A DNA stretch of 64,000 bases from Candidatus Oxydemutatoraceae bacterium (GCA_965218975.1 OZ244717.1:1696001-1760000), one strand, 5' to 3'. Counted from the stretch's first letter, positions 9,803 to 19,184 are shown. The notes: generated from the sequence alone by a model not told the origin. Numbers and translations: made by a program.

Positions 9803-9841
9803 GGTTTCAGTATAGCCGATTTCAGAAGATATCATGCACGA

Positions 9842-10232
9842 TGTATACGATGCCACCCTAAATGGGATTCTTGAAGAGCTTCTGGGTGAGACGCGCCCGG
9901 AAAAACGATCGGTTTTCAGCGGCGAACGACCCGACAAGGATGTCGGGGCTGGGGCTTATTGACAGCACGAAGTCACGTCATGGACGACAAGTACTTTGCT
10001 GACAAACTTGCACCAAGCACTGTGTTGATAATCTGCTACTAAACACAAAACGGGTGAAACGCGCTCGGAAAACTGAACGGTTTTCAGCGGGGTTTTCAGC
10101 GGGGTTTTCAGCGGCAAACGACCCGACAAGGACCCCGCAGGGACATCAGGGCTGGGGTTCATTGACAGAACCAAGTCTCGTCATGGACGCCAAGCACTGA
10201 CGACAGACACTTTGCCGGGTTGTGACCAGATC
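9842..10232 (-). mobile_element. IS481-family end remnant with two structured repeats
   Basis: TGTATACGATGCCACCC end; repeat copies at 9885 and 10053; the second has a triplicated 12-mer GGTTTTCAGCGG. Confidence 0.7.
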
Positions 10233-10346
10233 CGTCGAGCACTACCGCCGTAGATGAAATACGTTGAATGAAGCGGTTTAGAAATCTTTATCGGTTCAAA
10301 GAAACCATGATCGGGTTGGGAGCAGGCAATCAACCCTGAGGGGCGA

Positions 10347-11267
10347 TTATTCGGACACTGAAACTTCTGCTATGGGTTTCACGGGTAGTCCTTTATATTG
10401 GCGGTACTGATTCCAAAGCAACGCTCTTTTCCGTGGGTCCTTCTCGCTTTGAGCGGCTTGGCGAAGTTCTTTCTCAATGATGCTGTCGTTATCGGCCGCA
10501 GGGATGTCATCCGGTAGCTTGCCATTATCCAATGCATCGTTATCTTGATCCTGATCAAGCTGACGCGCCGACGGGAACACGCCATCTTCCGAGGTATCTT
10601 GGCCGTCACCCGGCAAGCCTTTGGTTGCTTCCTGTAAATCGGGTTCATCGCCGATAAGGCCGCGGCTTCTTATCGAGGTTTTCTGATGATCGTCCGGATC
10701 AATTTTTTGACCATCGGTATCAACAAGATATTCTTCTTTCGCCTCAGGTAAGCCACCCGAAAGACCGCGGCTTCTTATCGGATTTTGTTGGGAAGCTTGC
10801 TGACTACTTTGTTGATTATTTTCAACGGCGGAATCCTCATTTTGCGCTTCCGTTGACGCCGGGGGTTGACCATTTCCCTGCTGAACGTTCTCATCCTGAG
10901 AACCTTTATCCTCTGCTTCCGATAATTCCTGCTCGCTTCCCTGTCGGCCTTCGCTATCGGCGCTGCCGTCACCCGCAGCGCCATCCGAACCGCTTGCTCC
11001 GTCTGATCCTGTATTGCCGGATTGACCATCAGCGGAAGAATTTTCTTCCGTGCATTCGGTAAACCTCGTCAGGGAATCATCAAATTCCTGACTCATAATC
11101 GCGATCCGCTCCTCTTGTGTAAGCAGCTCTTCCAACTCAAAATCAAACTGGTTTTTATCGCAGTCTTGTACGTCGGATAAATCATTCGCCTGCGACAGGC
11201 TGAGAAACGCGCTCATTGCCAACCACAAAATAACCGCAAAGCCGTAACGTTTTATCAGCATGTTCAT
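10347..11267 (-). CDS. Secreted acidic low-complexity protein (306 aa) with a compact helical C-terminal motif
   Basis: Signal peptide; D/E/Q/S/G-rich linker; two IRSRGL repeats; C-terminal PDDIP..D..I...LRQAA..E.DP....LW..YR.YKG. Confidence 0.8.
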   Translation of the reverse strand: MNMLIKRYGFAVILWLAMSAFLSLSQANDLSDVQDCDKNQFDFELEELLTQEERIAIMSQEFDDSLTRFTECTEENSSADGQSGNTGSDGASGSDGAAGDGSADSEGRQGSEQELSEAEDKGSQDENVQQGNGQPPASTEAQNEDSAVENNQQSSQQASQQNPIRSRGLSGGLPEAKEEYLVDTDGQKIDPDDHQKTSIRSRGLIGDEPDLQEATKGLPGDGQDTSEDGVFPSARQLDQDQDNDALDNGKLPDDIPAADNDSIIEKELRQAAQSEKDPRKRALLWNQYRQYKGLPVKPIAEVSVSE

Positions 11268-11296
11268 GCTCCAAAATAGCCCGAATCCGATGTTTT

Positions 11297-11325
11297 AGAC
11301 TAACTCCCGGACCGGCGCCTGTCAA
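11297..11325 (-). promoter_or_regulatory. Putative sigma70 promoter for the 306-aa gene
   Basis: TTGACA-17 nt-TAGTCT on the minus strand, 30 nt before the start; the -35 sits in one arm of a CCTGTCA...TGACAGG inverted repeat. Confidence 0.55.
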
Positions 11326-11412
11326 GATTTTCCCTCAGACGACTGACAGGATTTATCGCGACCCGTCGCTCAACTCCAAACGACCGTTCAAAACGCTCGC
11401 GCATCACTTTTG

Positions 11413-12369
11413 TCATTTCAGCGCGATAAACGTCCCGCGGCTATGACGGGATACTTCGCGCATCAAAATTCCGAAGCGATCGGGATGACCGCCTCCGGCG
11501 GCGTTATAAAAACCGATACCGTGAATGCTTGCCATAGGTTCCCGGGTACGCCTATCGATATTCAATTTATAAATTGTGTTGATGACCAAATCATAAGATG
11601 AGCCGGTGTAATCATCCCCGAAGATATAAACCGCAGTTTTTTTGCCGGGCTTCACGTACTTGCGCAGCGCCACTTCCAAACCTTCTACCGGACTGCTGTC
11701 GGAAATTGCATTCCATGATCTCATCAAATCGAGAGCCCGAGACCGGCTGCTCGTTGTATCTGATATCCATTTCCCTCGATAACCGGAAATCAGATGATGC
11801 CCGTTATCGTTCAAGACCTGAAAACCTTTGACTTTGGGATGAATGTCCAAAACGTTTTCAAGCGTATTAATCACTCGGCCCCAGATTTCTTTCATTGAAC
11901 CCGAAGTATCAAGAATAAACACGACGTAATGCGCGCCCACGGGTATGCCGCCCACTGCAGGATCCGGCTCATCGGTGTCGTCTGCGGAAATAGCAGCGGA
12001 GGCGGCGAAGGCAGGGGCAAGCGCGGCGCGTAAATGAGCCGTTTGACCCTTCAAATCACCGGCTTCCGATCTGAGTTTCGCAAGCATTTGTTGATTTTTT
12101 TCAATCAGATTTTGGACCTGCCTCTCTCGTGCCAGGGATTCGGTAAGCTCGGACGACAACTGTTCCGACTTAGCTTGCAGACTGACACCGGACACTTCCG
12201 CCTGACCTAACTTTGAAAGAAGGTCGGCAATGCGTGCGACGTCTTCGGTGCCGCCGATATCGGATGTCTTGGAAAGCAATACCAACATCACAATCACGCC
12301 GAAGCCGCATGAAATAACGTCAAGGAAAGAGAGACCAAAAATCTCCATATCGCGAGAACGCTTTTTCAT
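11413..12369 (-). CDS. Membrane-anchored vWA-domain protein 2 (ExbD/TolR-like TM with Asp, coiled coil, vWA), 318 aa
   Basis: Start MKKRSR overlaps the upstream stop (ATGA); TM FGLSFLDVISCGFG; MIDAS DTSGS. Confidence 0.85.
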   Translation of the reverse strand: MKKRSRDMEIFGLSFLDVISCGFGVIVMLVLLSKTSDIGGTEDVARIADLLSKLGQAEVSGVSLQAKSEQLSSELTESLARERQVQNLIEKNQQMLAKLRSEAGDLKGQTAHLRAALAPAFAASAAISADDTDEPDPAVGGIPVGAHYVVFILDTSGSMKEIWGRVINTLENVLDIHPKVKGFQVLNDNGHHLISGYRGKWISDTTSSRSRALDLMRSWNAISDSSPVEGLEVALRKYVKPGKKTAVYIFGDDYTGSSYDLVINTIYKLNIDRRTREPMASIHGIGFYNAAGGGHPDRFGILMREVSRHSRGTFIALK

Positions 12370-13421
12370 GGCCACGACGCTTCCGGTGCAATAAGCAAGC
12401 CATCGGAGTTTGACGTCCATTGCCAGAAGACCGGAGAGGCGGATGTGTCGCCTTCCAGAGGCAGTAAAACAACGTTCACCACCGCTTTGCTGCGAAAATC
12501 GGCAATAGCCCGTTTAAGTAGTTTAACGCGGCATTCGCTGCTGATGGTCGTGGCTTTACCCAGGATTGATTTACAGCCGGAAAAAATCGAGTGAGACGTA
12601 CCACCCTTCGTCGGTAATCCGTCCGTAACGACATAAACGTTGGTAAAACCTTTGGCTTTGAGCTTCATCATACTAATGGCGGCGTCAAGGTTCGTTCCGC
12701 CGTTCGGCGCTATTTTTGAAAAAGCCAGCTTTATTTCACCGATACCCTTCAGACCGCCGCCTTTTTTCCAGCCGCCCTGGCCCACCACTTTCGCTTTATC
12801 ATTAAAGTGAATCACCATATATTCGCTTTCCGCAGGCGCTCGCGCAAGCAACCATTCCAAAATGCGTTTGGTGCGTTGCCACTTTGGCGCCCGAATCCTC
12901 TGCGCGGGCGGTGAAACCTTATGTTTGATAATATCAACAATACGTTCATCCGTCATTGAGGCGCTCGAATCAATAAGCATTACGATTTTCCTACCTTCAA
13001 CTTTAAGCCCTAAAAGATAGTTCTGTAACCGCTTACGATCCAGCGGAACCGGCACAGACGAGACTTCGGGAGATGCGGTCATCTTTTTTTCCAACTCGGT
13101 GACTTGTTGTTTGAGAGACTCGTTTGACGACTTTTGCGCGGTAACATCGTTGCGAATGCTTTTCAGACGTGCGGATAAATCCGTCACTCCCGAATTCTGC
13201 GCGGAAATTCTTGCCTGCAACGATGCGGCAGACTGATCCGTTTGCTCATTTTGCTTCTCCAACTGAATCAGCTCGATCAAAAGAGCGCCCACCTTCTCCT
13301 GCGGTAATTCGGTTTGAAACTTCACCAGCATAAAAATTAATACGACCGCGCCCAAACCGCAGGACATGATGTCCAGAAAGGCTATGTTGAATCCTTCAGT
13401 CTTTCTTCGGGAACGTATCAC
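12366..13421 (-). CDS. Membrane-anchored vWA-domain protein 1 (ExbD/TolR-like TM with Asp, coiled coil, vWA)
   Basis: TM FNIAFLDIMSCGLG; coiled coil; MIDAS DSSAS, GGTNL and VTDG. Confidence 0.87.
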   Translation of the reverse strand: MIRSRRKTEGFNIAFLDIMSCGLGAVVLIFMLVKFQTELPQEKVGALLIELIQLEKQNEQTDQSAASLQARISAQNSGVTDLSARLKSIRNDVTAQKSSNESLKQQVTELEKKMTASPEVSSVPVPLDRKRLQNYLLGLKVEGRKIVMLIDSSASMTDERIVDIIKHKVSPPAQRIRAPKWQRTKRILEWLLARAPAESEYMVIHFNDKAKVVGQGGWKKGGGLKGIGEIKLAFSKIAPNGGTNLDAAISMMKLKAKGFTNVYVVTDGLPTKGGTSHSIFSGCKSILGKATTISSECRVKLLKRAIADFRSKAVVNVVLLPLEGDTSASPVFWQWTSNSDGLLIAPEASWP

Positions 13422-13434
13422 ATACTCAATGGCT

Positions 13435-14202
13435 CTACCGGCTGATGTAGCTCACGATATATTTCACGCAGTACTCGCGGATATTGATAACCAGACCATC
13501 CTGTGCTTTTTGCAGCTGATGAAGCAGAAACATCAGAAATATACTGATGCAAAGCGCGACAAAAGTGGAGTTGAACGCAAGCCCCAGGCTGTTTGTCATG
13601 CCTGCGATGTTACCTGCAAGTGCTTGATCGGCCTGAGCAAGCGCCTGACCGATACCGCGTACGGTGCCGACAAATCCGATCGTGGGAATTGCCCAGATAA
13701 AATAGCGAATCAATGAGTTTTCCGCTTCAATGCTAATTGCAAGCGCTTCAACATTTGATTCGATTGCCTCCGATGTATTTTGGACGCTCTTGGTAACGAT
13801 AAAGCGATCGAGGGTGAATTTAATGACCTGCACCAACGGGGTTTTGGTCACCGGAGAATGGCCATCGTCAAGTTTTTTGCGCGCCGCGCTCACCTCCGCC
13901 GACTTATCATTGTCCGCGGAAAAAGACAGCAAATCGACTTCGAACAGATAACCATTGGAATAAATTTCCCAGTACCTCAACGCAATCAAATAAACTGAGA
14001 AAAACATAATGATGAAACAGATTTCCTGCTCAAAGTCTTTCAGGATGACGAACAAACTGCGCGGCACTGACTGCCCCTGGCTTTGCGCCGCCGCTATGGC
14101 ATTGTCGGCTCCCGGTAAAATAACACCGATATAAATCAGATGTACGGCGACGGTAATGATGACCAGCACATAGACATTCTTTAATGAAGGTTGCAGCGTC
14201 AT
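13435..14202 (-). CDS. MotA/TolQ/ExbB proton-channel family protein
   Basis: IPTIGFVGTVRGIGQAL and LGLAFNSTFVAL helices; probable start ATG at 14202, 1 nt after the small-ORF stop. Confidence 0.9.
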   Translation of the reverse strand: MTLQPSLKNVYVLVIITVAVHLIYIGVILPGADNAIAAAQSQGQSVPRSLFVILKDFEQEICFIIMFFSVYLIALRYWEIYSNGYLFEVDLLSFSADNDKSAEVSAARKKLDDGHSPVTKTPLVQVIKFTLDRFIVTKSVQNTSEAIESNVEALAISIEAENSLIRYFIWAIPTIGFVGTVRGIGQALAQADQALAGNIAGMTNSLGLAFNSTFVALCISIFLMFLLHQLQKAQDGLVINIREYCVKYIVSYISR

Positions 14203-14203
14203 C

Positions 14204-14347
14204 TTATATGTCAATCGGAAGTGTGGCGGGAGAGTTAAGGCTCGTGGAATATTGAACGACGCCTGCAATGGCAATGCCCGCGATGATCAAAAGTATGACC
14301 ACGATAACGGTGAGTAATTTTTTTTTATTGACTTGATTCTTTGCCAT
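14204..14347 (-). CDS. Unannotated 47-aa single-pass membrane peptide
   Basis: MAKNQVNKKKLLTVIVVILLIIAGIAIAGVVQYSTSLNSPATLPIDI*. It overlaps the upstream stop and ends 1 nt before the exbB-like ATG, exactly filling the gap. Confidence 0.8.
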   Translation of the reverse strand: MAKNQVNKKKLLTVIVVILLIIAGIAIAGVVQYSTSLNSPATLPIDI

Positions 14348-16334
14348 AGATGTACCGTGCAATCCGAACCCCTACGTCCCGGCGCTTACCGCTCAATTCC
14401 TGCCGGAAAGAAGAACGCAATGCCGAAAGGCTGCCGGACTGCCAGCTAGAACCTTTGACGACATGGGTCTTCCCTCTTTGCGGTCCCAGCGGATTTACCA
14501 AAACTTTTCTCGGTTGATCCAAAGTATAAAAATCGTGAGTCCATTCACTGATGTTTCCCGCCATATCATATAGCCCCGCCGCATCCGCAATCAAGGAACC
14601 GACCGGGGCTAACTGAGCGTAACCGTCATTATAATTCGGTATGCGGTACTCGGCGCTTTGCGGAGCATTGCGGTCCGAAAGATTGCCCGCCCCTTTGGGA
14701 ATAACGGTGGTATCCCCCCAAACGAATTTTGTACCCCTAACGCGGTTTACATAGCGGGCAAGCCACTCCCATTCCGCCTCGCTGAGCAAACGATAGCCGT
14801 CAGAGGTCGGATTAAAACCGGTCATTCTTCCACCTCGAATCGAATAAAAAAGGGTAAGATTTTCATTTTTGCTTAACCAATTGCAAAAGCCGGCCGCTTC
14901 GTTCCAGGTCACGTTCGTGACCGGGAGGTTGCTTGCCGGAACGCTGCTTTGAAACCGTTGAAATTGAGCGGATGATATTTCTTTTCTACTCACGTAAAAT
15001 GGTTTGGTCAAACGTACTTGACGTAATATTTCATTGGCGCGCTGGCCTTTTTCACTGCGGTGCGCGCCAATCGTAAAAGGCATATTCGCCTTGCGCGGGT
15101 CAAACAAAATCAGCTCTATACCGGCGGAGTTCGTCATTTTGCGCGGACTTTCATCGAGACGGGCTTGTAACTCGGTCTTCAGCGTATGAGCGATTTTGGT
15201 CGTATGCTTGCTGGTCGGTATAAACTTGCCGGTAACGCTGCGATAACCGTTTCTCACCAGCATGATTTCCTGGGAAACTGCGCGCAGATTAAAGATTTTC
15301 GGAGTAATGCCGACTTCCTCGCCGTTCAAAATGATTTGTGCGTCTGGAATTGCGTTGATTGCCACTTTGCCGTATTCCGGAGATAAACTAAAGGATACGC
15401 CGGTAGACTGACTCGGGTTGAAAGTTTGCCGTTTGGTTTGCGAAAAATAACCGACTGCCGCATAAGTCATATTGGTTTCCTGCAGCGGTTCAACTGTTAA
15501 TGGAAAACTATCCGTAACAAGTTTCCCGTTGATCGTCAACCTGCCGTTCGCCGGAGTGAGCTTGAAATTTACGCGCGCTTTTTTATATTGCAAATGATAA
15601 TCTCTGCTCACGGCAGGGTTATCCGCGGTAACTTCTATCCGTTCGTGAATCGGATCAAAATCACCGGCTTCTATCTTCACGGAATAGACGCCGCCTTCGC
15701 GGCTAAAAACCAATGGCGTGTTACCGACCAACTCATCATCTAACATCACCGGCATTCCCTGCGGCTGCGACAATATACTTATTTTCCCCTGCGCCGGTTT
15801 TAGGGTGAACGCAATTTCCCGTTCGCTGCCCCGCTTGAGGTCAAGAGCAACCTCCTGCGTTTCATAATACGGGTGTGACGCGGTCAAACGGTACTGTCCG
15901 GGAGCGAGATGAGTGACCAGAGCGGCACCTGAACCGACTAGGTCCCCGTCAATTTCCCATTGGATATCGTCATGAGCGGGAGAGGCAGCCGCTTTCACCA
16001 AAGCCTGCGCTTCCTCAAGGGTAACTTTGACGTTACGCGCCATCGTGCGTTGCAGTTCGATTGTTTGGGGAATAAATCCGGCGGCTGAAACCTCAAGTGT
16101 TGCCGTTGCTGAGATTAAATAAACCTTGTCATCGACGACGAAGCCAAACCCTGTGAGTTTGCGACTAGCGACAACAGCGGCTTCATCAGGCCCCACTTCA
16201 ACGACGGTGGCATTTGAAAAAAGGAAGAAGAAAACAAGCGACAGGAACGCTATGATAACGACGACGATAAAGAGAATAACTCTGCCAAAAAAATGCCGCC
16301 GTTTTTGCTCAAGCTGCGCTTCAGATAGACTCAT
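14325..16334 (-). CDS. Membrane-anchored PEGA-repeat + FGE-sulfatase (SUMF1/GldK-like) domain protein
   Basis: N-terminal TM; PEGA motifs (S.P.G..V.LD...VG.TP); FGE motifs PVTNVTWNEAAGFCNWL, RLLSEAEWE, GLYDMAGNISEW and GVRIAR. Confidence 0.9.
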   Translation of the reverse strand: MSLSEAQLEQKRRHFFGRVILFIVVVIIAFLSLVFFFLFSNATVVEVGPDEAAVVASRKLTGFGFVVDDKVYLISATATLEVSAAGFIPQTIELQRTMARNVKVTLEEAQALVKAAASPAHDDIQWEIDGDLVGSGAALVTHLAPGQYRLTASHPYYETQEVALDLKRGSEREIAFTLKPAQGKISILSQPQGMPVMLDDELVGNTPLVFSREGGVYSVKIEAGDFDPIHERIEVTADNPAVSRDYHLQYKKARVNFKLTPANGRLTINGKLVTDSFPLTVEPLQETNMTYAAVGYFSQTKRQTFNPSQSTGVSFSLSPEYGKVAINAIPDAQIILNGEEVGITPKIFNLRAVSQEIMLVRNGYRSVTGKFIPTSKHTTKIAHTLKTELQARLDESPRKMTNSAGIELILFDPRKANMPFTIGAHRSEKGQRANEILRQVRLTKPFYVSRKEISSAQFQRFQSSVPASNLPVTNVTWNEAAGFCNWLSKNENLTLFYSIRGGRMTGFNPTSDGYRLLSEAEWEWLARYVNRVRGTKFVWGDTTVIPKGAGNLSDRNAPQSAEYRIPNYNDGYAQLAPVGSLIADAAGLYDMAGNISEWTHDFYTLDQPRKVLVNPLGPQRGKTHVVKGSSWQSGSLSALRSSFRQELSGKRRDVGVRIARYIYGKESSQ

Positions 16335-17796
16335 CGCAAATAACCGTTACGCGGACGACCTCTCCATGTCGAACACGGATTTGAACGTGTTTGTCGCGAA
16401 ATCCTTCACGCTCACCTCTAAAAGTATAATTGCCAGGCTTCAAACCATCCTTCAAACGATATTCCTTCACTTTTCCGATAATCCCGACTCCGACAACCGA
16501 GACAAAAGTTTTATTATCGGAATACACCACCACGGGCACCGGAACGGATGCTTGCCGGATGGCATCATTTAATCGTGCGATCAGTGATTGAAGCCGGGGA
16601 CTGTGACGCGCGGCTTCACCGAGCTCTTCGATGGTTTTTCTCGCCGCGTCGGCAATTTTGACGTCTGTCAGCCGATCCGGACGCAAAAGGATTTTCTCTA
16701 TCTTCGCGATATATTGATTGATTAGGCGAGCTAGGCGGAGCCCTGATTCCGGCTCCTCCGTATTCGGGAAAATTTGCCGGGCACCAGCATAGTATTCTTC
16801 GGCGCCCGACCAGTCATCGTCGTCCCTAGAGGCACGTGCTTTTCGGATAATATTTTCATAAGCCGACTGCATTTCCATTTGCTTTATTTGATTCGCTAAA
16901 AGCTTCGCTCCTTCGCGGTCGGGATAAATCTTTGCCGCTCGGGCCAGATTGTCTCTGGCCTGTTTGACGTTACCACGCTTGATGGCATGCCAACCCTGCC
17001 ACACGAACTCATCGTAATCACGTTCTTTCATTTTTTCAGTTAGTCGGAGATGTCTCTCCGCGAGATCGGTATGTGCTGAATCCAAACTCATCGCTTTGGC
17101 AAGCGCCGTTGCCTCCTCATCCGGCTTATTCTCAACGCGGGCAACGTCGGCAATACGCACAAGGTCCGCCACCTGCTCCATCACGGAAATTCTGTCCTTT
17201 AATCGCAGCGCTGCGGAATCATCAGGCTTATAAATGAGAGTGCGCCGGATCGCGGCAAATGCTTTTTGAGAATTATTCGATTCAAACTCTCTGTGCGCAT
17301 CTTTCAGGGCGGCATGAAAATTCTCCGCGTGAACCTTATGCAATTCGTCCGCCCGGGCAAAAATATTTTCAAGCTTGCTGATTGCCGAAACAAACTTCCC
17401 CAGACCAAAATCTTGAACGGCGTCACGCTCATTGTTCTCCAGTTCCGTGTGCTTTTCCGGCGCCCACCCGGGAAGATTAAGCGCCCTAATTCCAGGTTTG
17501 GTTTCGGTTTCATAGATGTGTAGTTTTTCACGAAACTCTCGACTTAAAATTTCTCCCTGTCCATTGTTTTGAGCGGTGTCTGGGTCCGTAAAAGCGCGGT
17601 CGGATTGCATTGTCGGCGAATCTACCGGAGAATCAGGAAATAAATCAACTCGTCCGAGGTACGCGGCAAAAATGATAATCACTGCCAACACCGCCAGAAG
17701 TTTTATTTTCCTTAAATCTTGCGCCTGCTGCGCTTTTTTTATGCGCTTGAGATGATCACTGTCGATGGGAATATAGTTTTCTTTCCCCGTATTCAT
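16321..17796 (-). CDS. Membrane-anchored TPR-like helical protein with C-terminal beta (PEGA-like) domain
   Basis: One N-terminal TM; repeated A...L...P helical units; C-terminal LKPGNYTFRGEREGFRD. Confidence 0.75.
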   Translation of the reverse strand: MNTGKENYIPIDSDHLKRIKKAQQAQDLRKIKLLAVLAVIIIFAAYLGRVDLFPDSPVDSPTMQSDRAFTDPDTAQNNGQGEILSREFREKLHIYETETKPGIRALNLPGWAPEKHTELENNERDAVQDFGLGKFVSAISKLENIFARADELHKVHAENFHAALKDAHREFESNNSQKAFAAIRRTLIYKPDDSAALRLKDRISVMEQVADLVRIADVARVENKPDEEATALAKAMSLDSAHTDLAERHLRLTEKMKERDYDEFVWQGWHAIKRGNVKQARDNLARAAKIYPDREGAKLLANQIKQMEMQSAYENIIRKARASRDDDDWSGAEEYYAGARQIFPNTEEPESGLRLARLINQYIAKIEKILLRPDRLTDVKIADAARKTIEELGEAARHSPRLQSLIARLNDAIRQASVPVPVVVYSDNKTFVSVVGVGIIGKVKEYRLKDGLKPGNYTFRGEREGFRDKHVQIRVRHGEVVRVTVICDESI

Positions 17797-17799
17797 GCA

Positions 17800-19029
17800 T
17801 TAAAGTTGAATGCTGTCCGTTTTTTGTTCGGCATAAATGGTTTGCAGCAACCGTCTCCATTGGTTGTATTGTTCCGCCGCATTGCCGATTAACTCAACGC
17901 TTTCCTCCTCAAATTTTATAACTTGAGGGGTAAGTTTCAGGTCAATGGACTGACCTAATTCTATCAAAGCATCCGTATGAAATTTTGCTTCTTTACTTGT
18001 CTGGAAACTTTGTGCCAGAAGCGCCGCCCCCACCAGAACGCCACTGACGGCGCCGTATGTGGCCGGATCATTGTACCCATCGGCGCTGCCGGCGGCTACC
18101 GCCCCGGCCACAAGCGCCAAAACTCCTAGAATAGCCTGTCCTGCCGCCTTCTGTTTCGCTTCGCGTCTTGCTTTAGACTCGGTAAAAGCAGCCTTTTGCC
18201 ACTCGCTGTAAGAGGGAACAAACTTATCATCAAAAGCCAGATAATGATTCTGCATCCGATCAATAAAGAGCTGATCTTTTATCCTGATCCTCTTAATTCG
18301 CTGGAAGATCACGTCACTTTCGGCAGGCGCCGCTACCACGGAAACTTTTCTGCCCTTGAAATTTAATAAGGAGGCAAACCTTTCTGCCGAGAATGAATAA
18401 CCAAACCGCATCTCGGTCAGCAGATTCAACCTTCGCAGATATTCATCGTCATGACGACTCATCTCCAAAGCAATCTCCTCGGCGGCTTTCTCAAATGCGG
18501 GATCATACGGGTCCTTGCCTTTATTCCTGATACTGTTGAAAAAATGTTCCTTTACTTGATGCTCAAAAGTGCGATTCAGCCACTGTTTCCCATCAATGCC
18601 GATTACCTGTATATTGAACCTGACGTTCTCACCGTTCGATTCTTCAATTCTCCCTAAAATATAGACATCTCCCGTAGCCTCGCGATTCGGTGCGACCCGC
18701 ACTGCGCCGAATTGATTCGTGTCTTCCAGCGCTTCCTTCATTTTGATTGCAAAATGGTTGGCTTCGGCGCGTCTTAATTCCGGCCAGATACCTTTCTTTT
18801 CCCATGTATTCGGGTCTGCCGGTATATTCGGGTCAAATGCGGGAACAATGACTTCGATCTCTTTTTGCAGTCGTTGACGCCCGGAAGCAAGTTCTGAGTA
18901 TTCTTTCTCTGCTGCCGCCAAAATATCCGATGAACTGCCCGGTCCGACAAGAGTGCTGTTACTACCGGTAGTAGCGATGCATCCCTGCAATATGAAAGCA
19001 GTCGCAATAATGGCTATTTCTCTATTCAT
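17800..19029 (-). CDS. Lipoprotein of unknown function (409 aa), first gene of the operon
   Basis: Lipobox ILQGC; glycine-zipper-like hairpin near the C-terminus. Confidence 0.78.
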   Translation of the reverse strand: MNREIAIIATAFILQGCIATTGSNSTLVGPGSSSDILAAAEKEYSELASGRQRLQKEIEVIVPAFDPNIPADPNTWEKKGIWPELRRAEANHFAIKMKEALEDTNQFGAVRVAPNREATGDVYILGRIEESNGENVRFNIQVIGIDGKQWLNRTFEHQVKEHFFNSIRNKGKDPYDPAFEKAAEEIALEMSRHDDEYLRRLNLLTEMRFGYSFSAERFASLLNFKGRKVSVVAAPAESDVIFQRIKRIRIKDQLFIDRMQNHYLAFDDKFVPSYSEWQKAAFTESKARREAKQKAAGQAILGVLALVAGAVAAGSADGYNDPATYGAVSGVLVGAALLAQSFQTSKEAKFHTDALIELGQSIDLKLTPQVIKFEEESVELIGNAAEQYNQWRRLLQTIYAEQKTDSIQL

Positions 19030-19061
19030 CTTTTTTTACATTCTATCAACAAATATATTTA

Positions 19062-19184
19062 TGTATAGTGCCGGATACATACCGGACAAATACTTTTCAA
19101 TAAAAGGTAGCCGATGTGCTGGTATTATATGTCGGTCACCTTTTCGAGTCGTGCCGTGAGTCCCATATGTATCCGGCATATACA
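19062..19184. mobile_element. 123-bp IS481-derived MITE
   Basis: Terminal inverted repeats TGTATAGTGCCGGATACATA / TATGTATCCGGCATATACA; interior matches the IS left end at ~39290-39366. Confidence 0.75.

Larger units (their letters stand above)
8895..9997. repeat. ~1.1-kb direct repeat, copy B
   Basis: Colinear with 4281-5399. Confidence 0.92.

Noticed and set aside
4281-9997. Integron cassette array
   Set aside because: No attC-type RYYYAAC/GTTRRRY structure or integrase seen; the repeats are 1.1-kb duplications.
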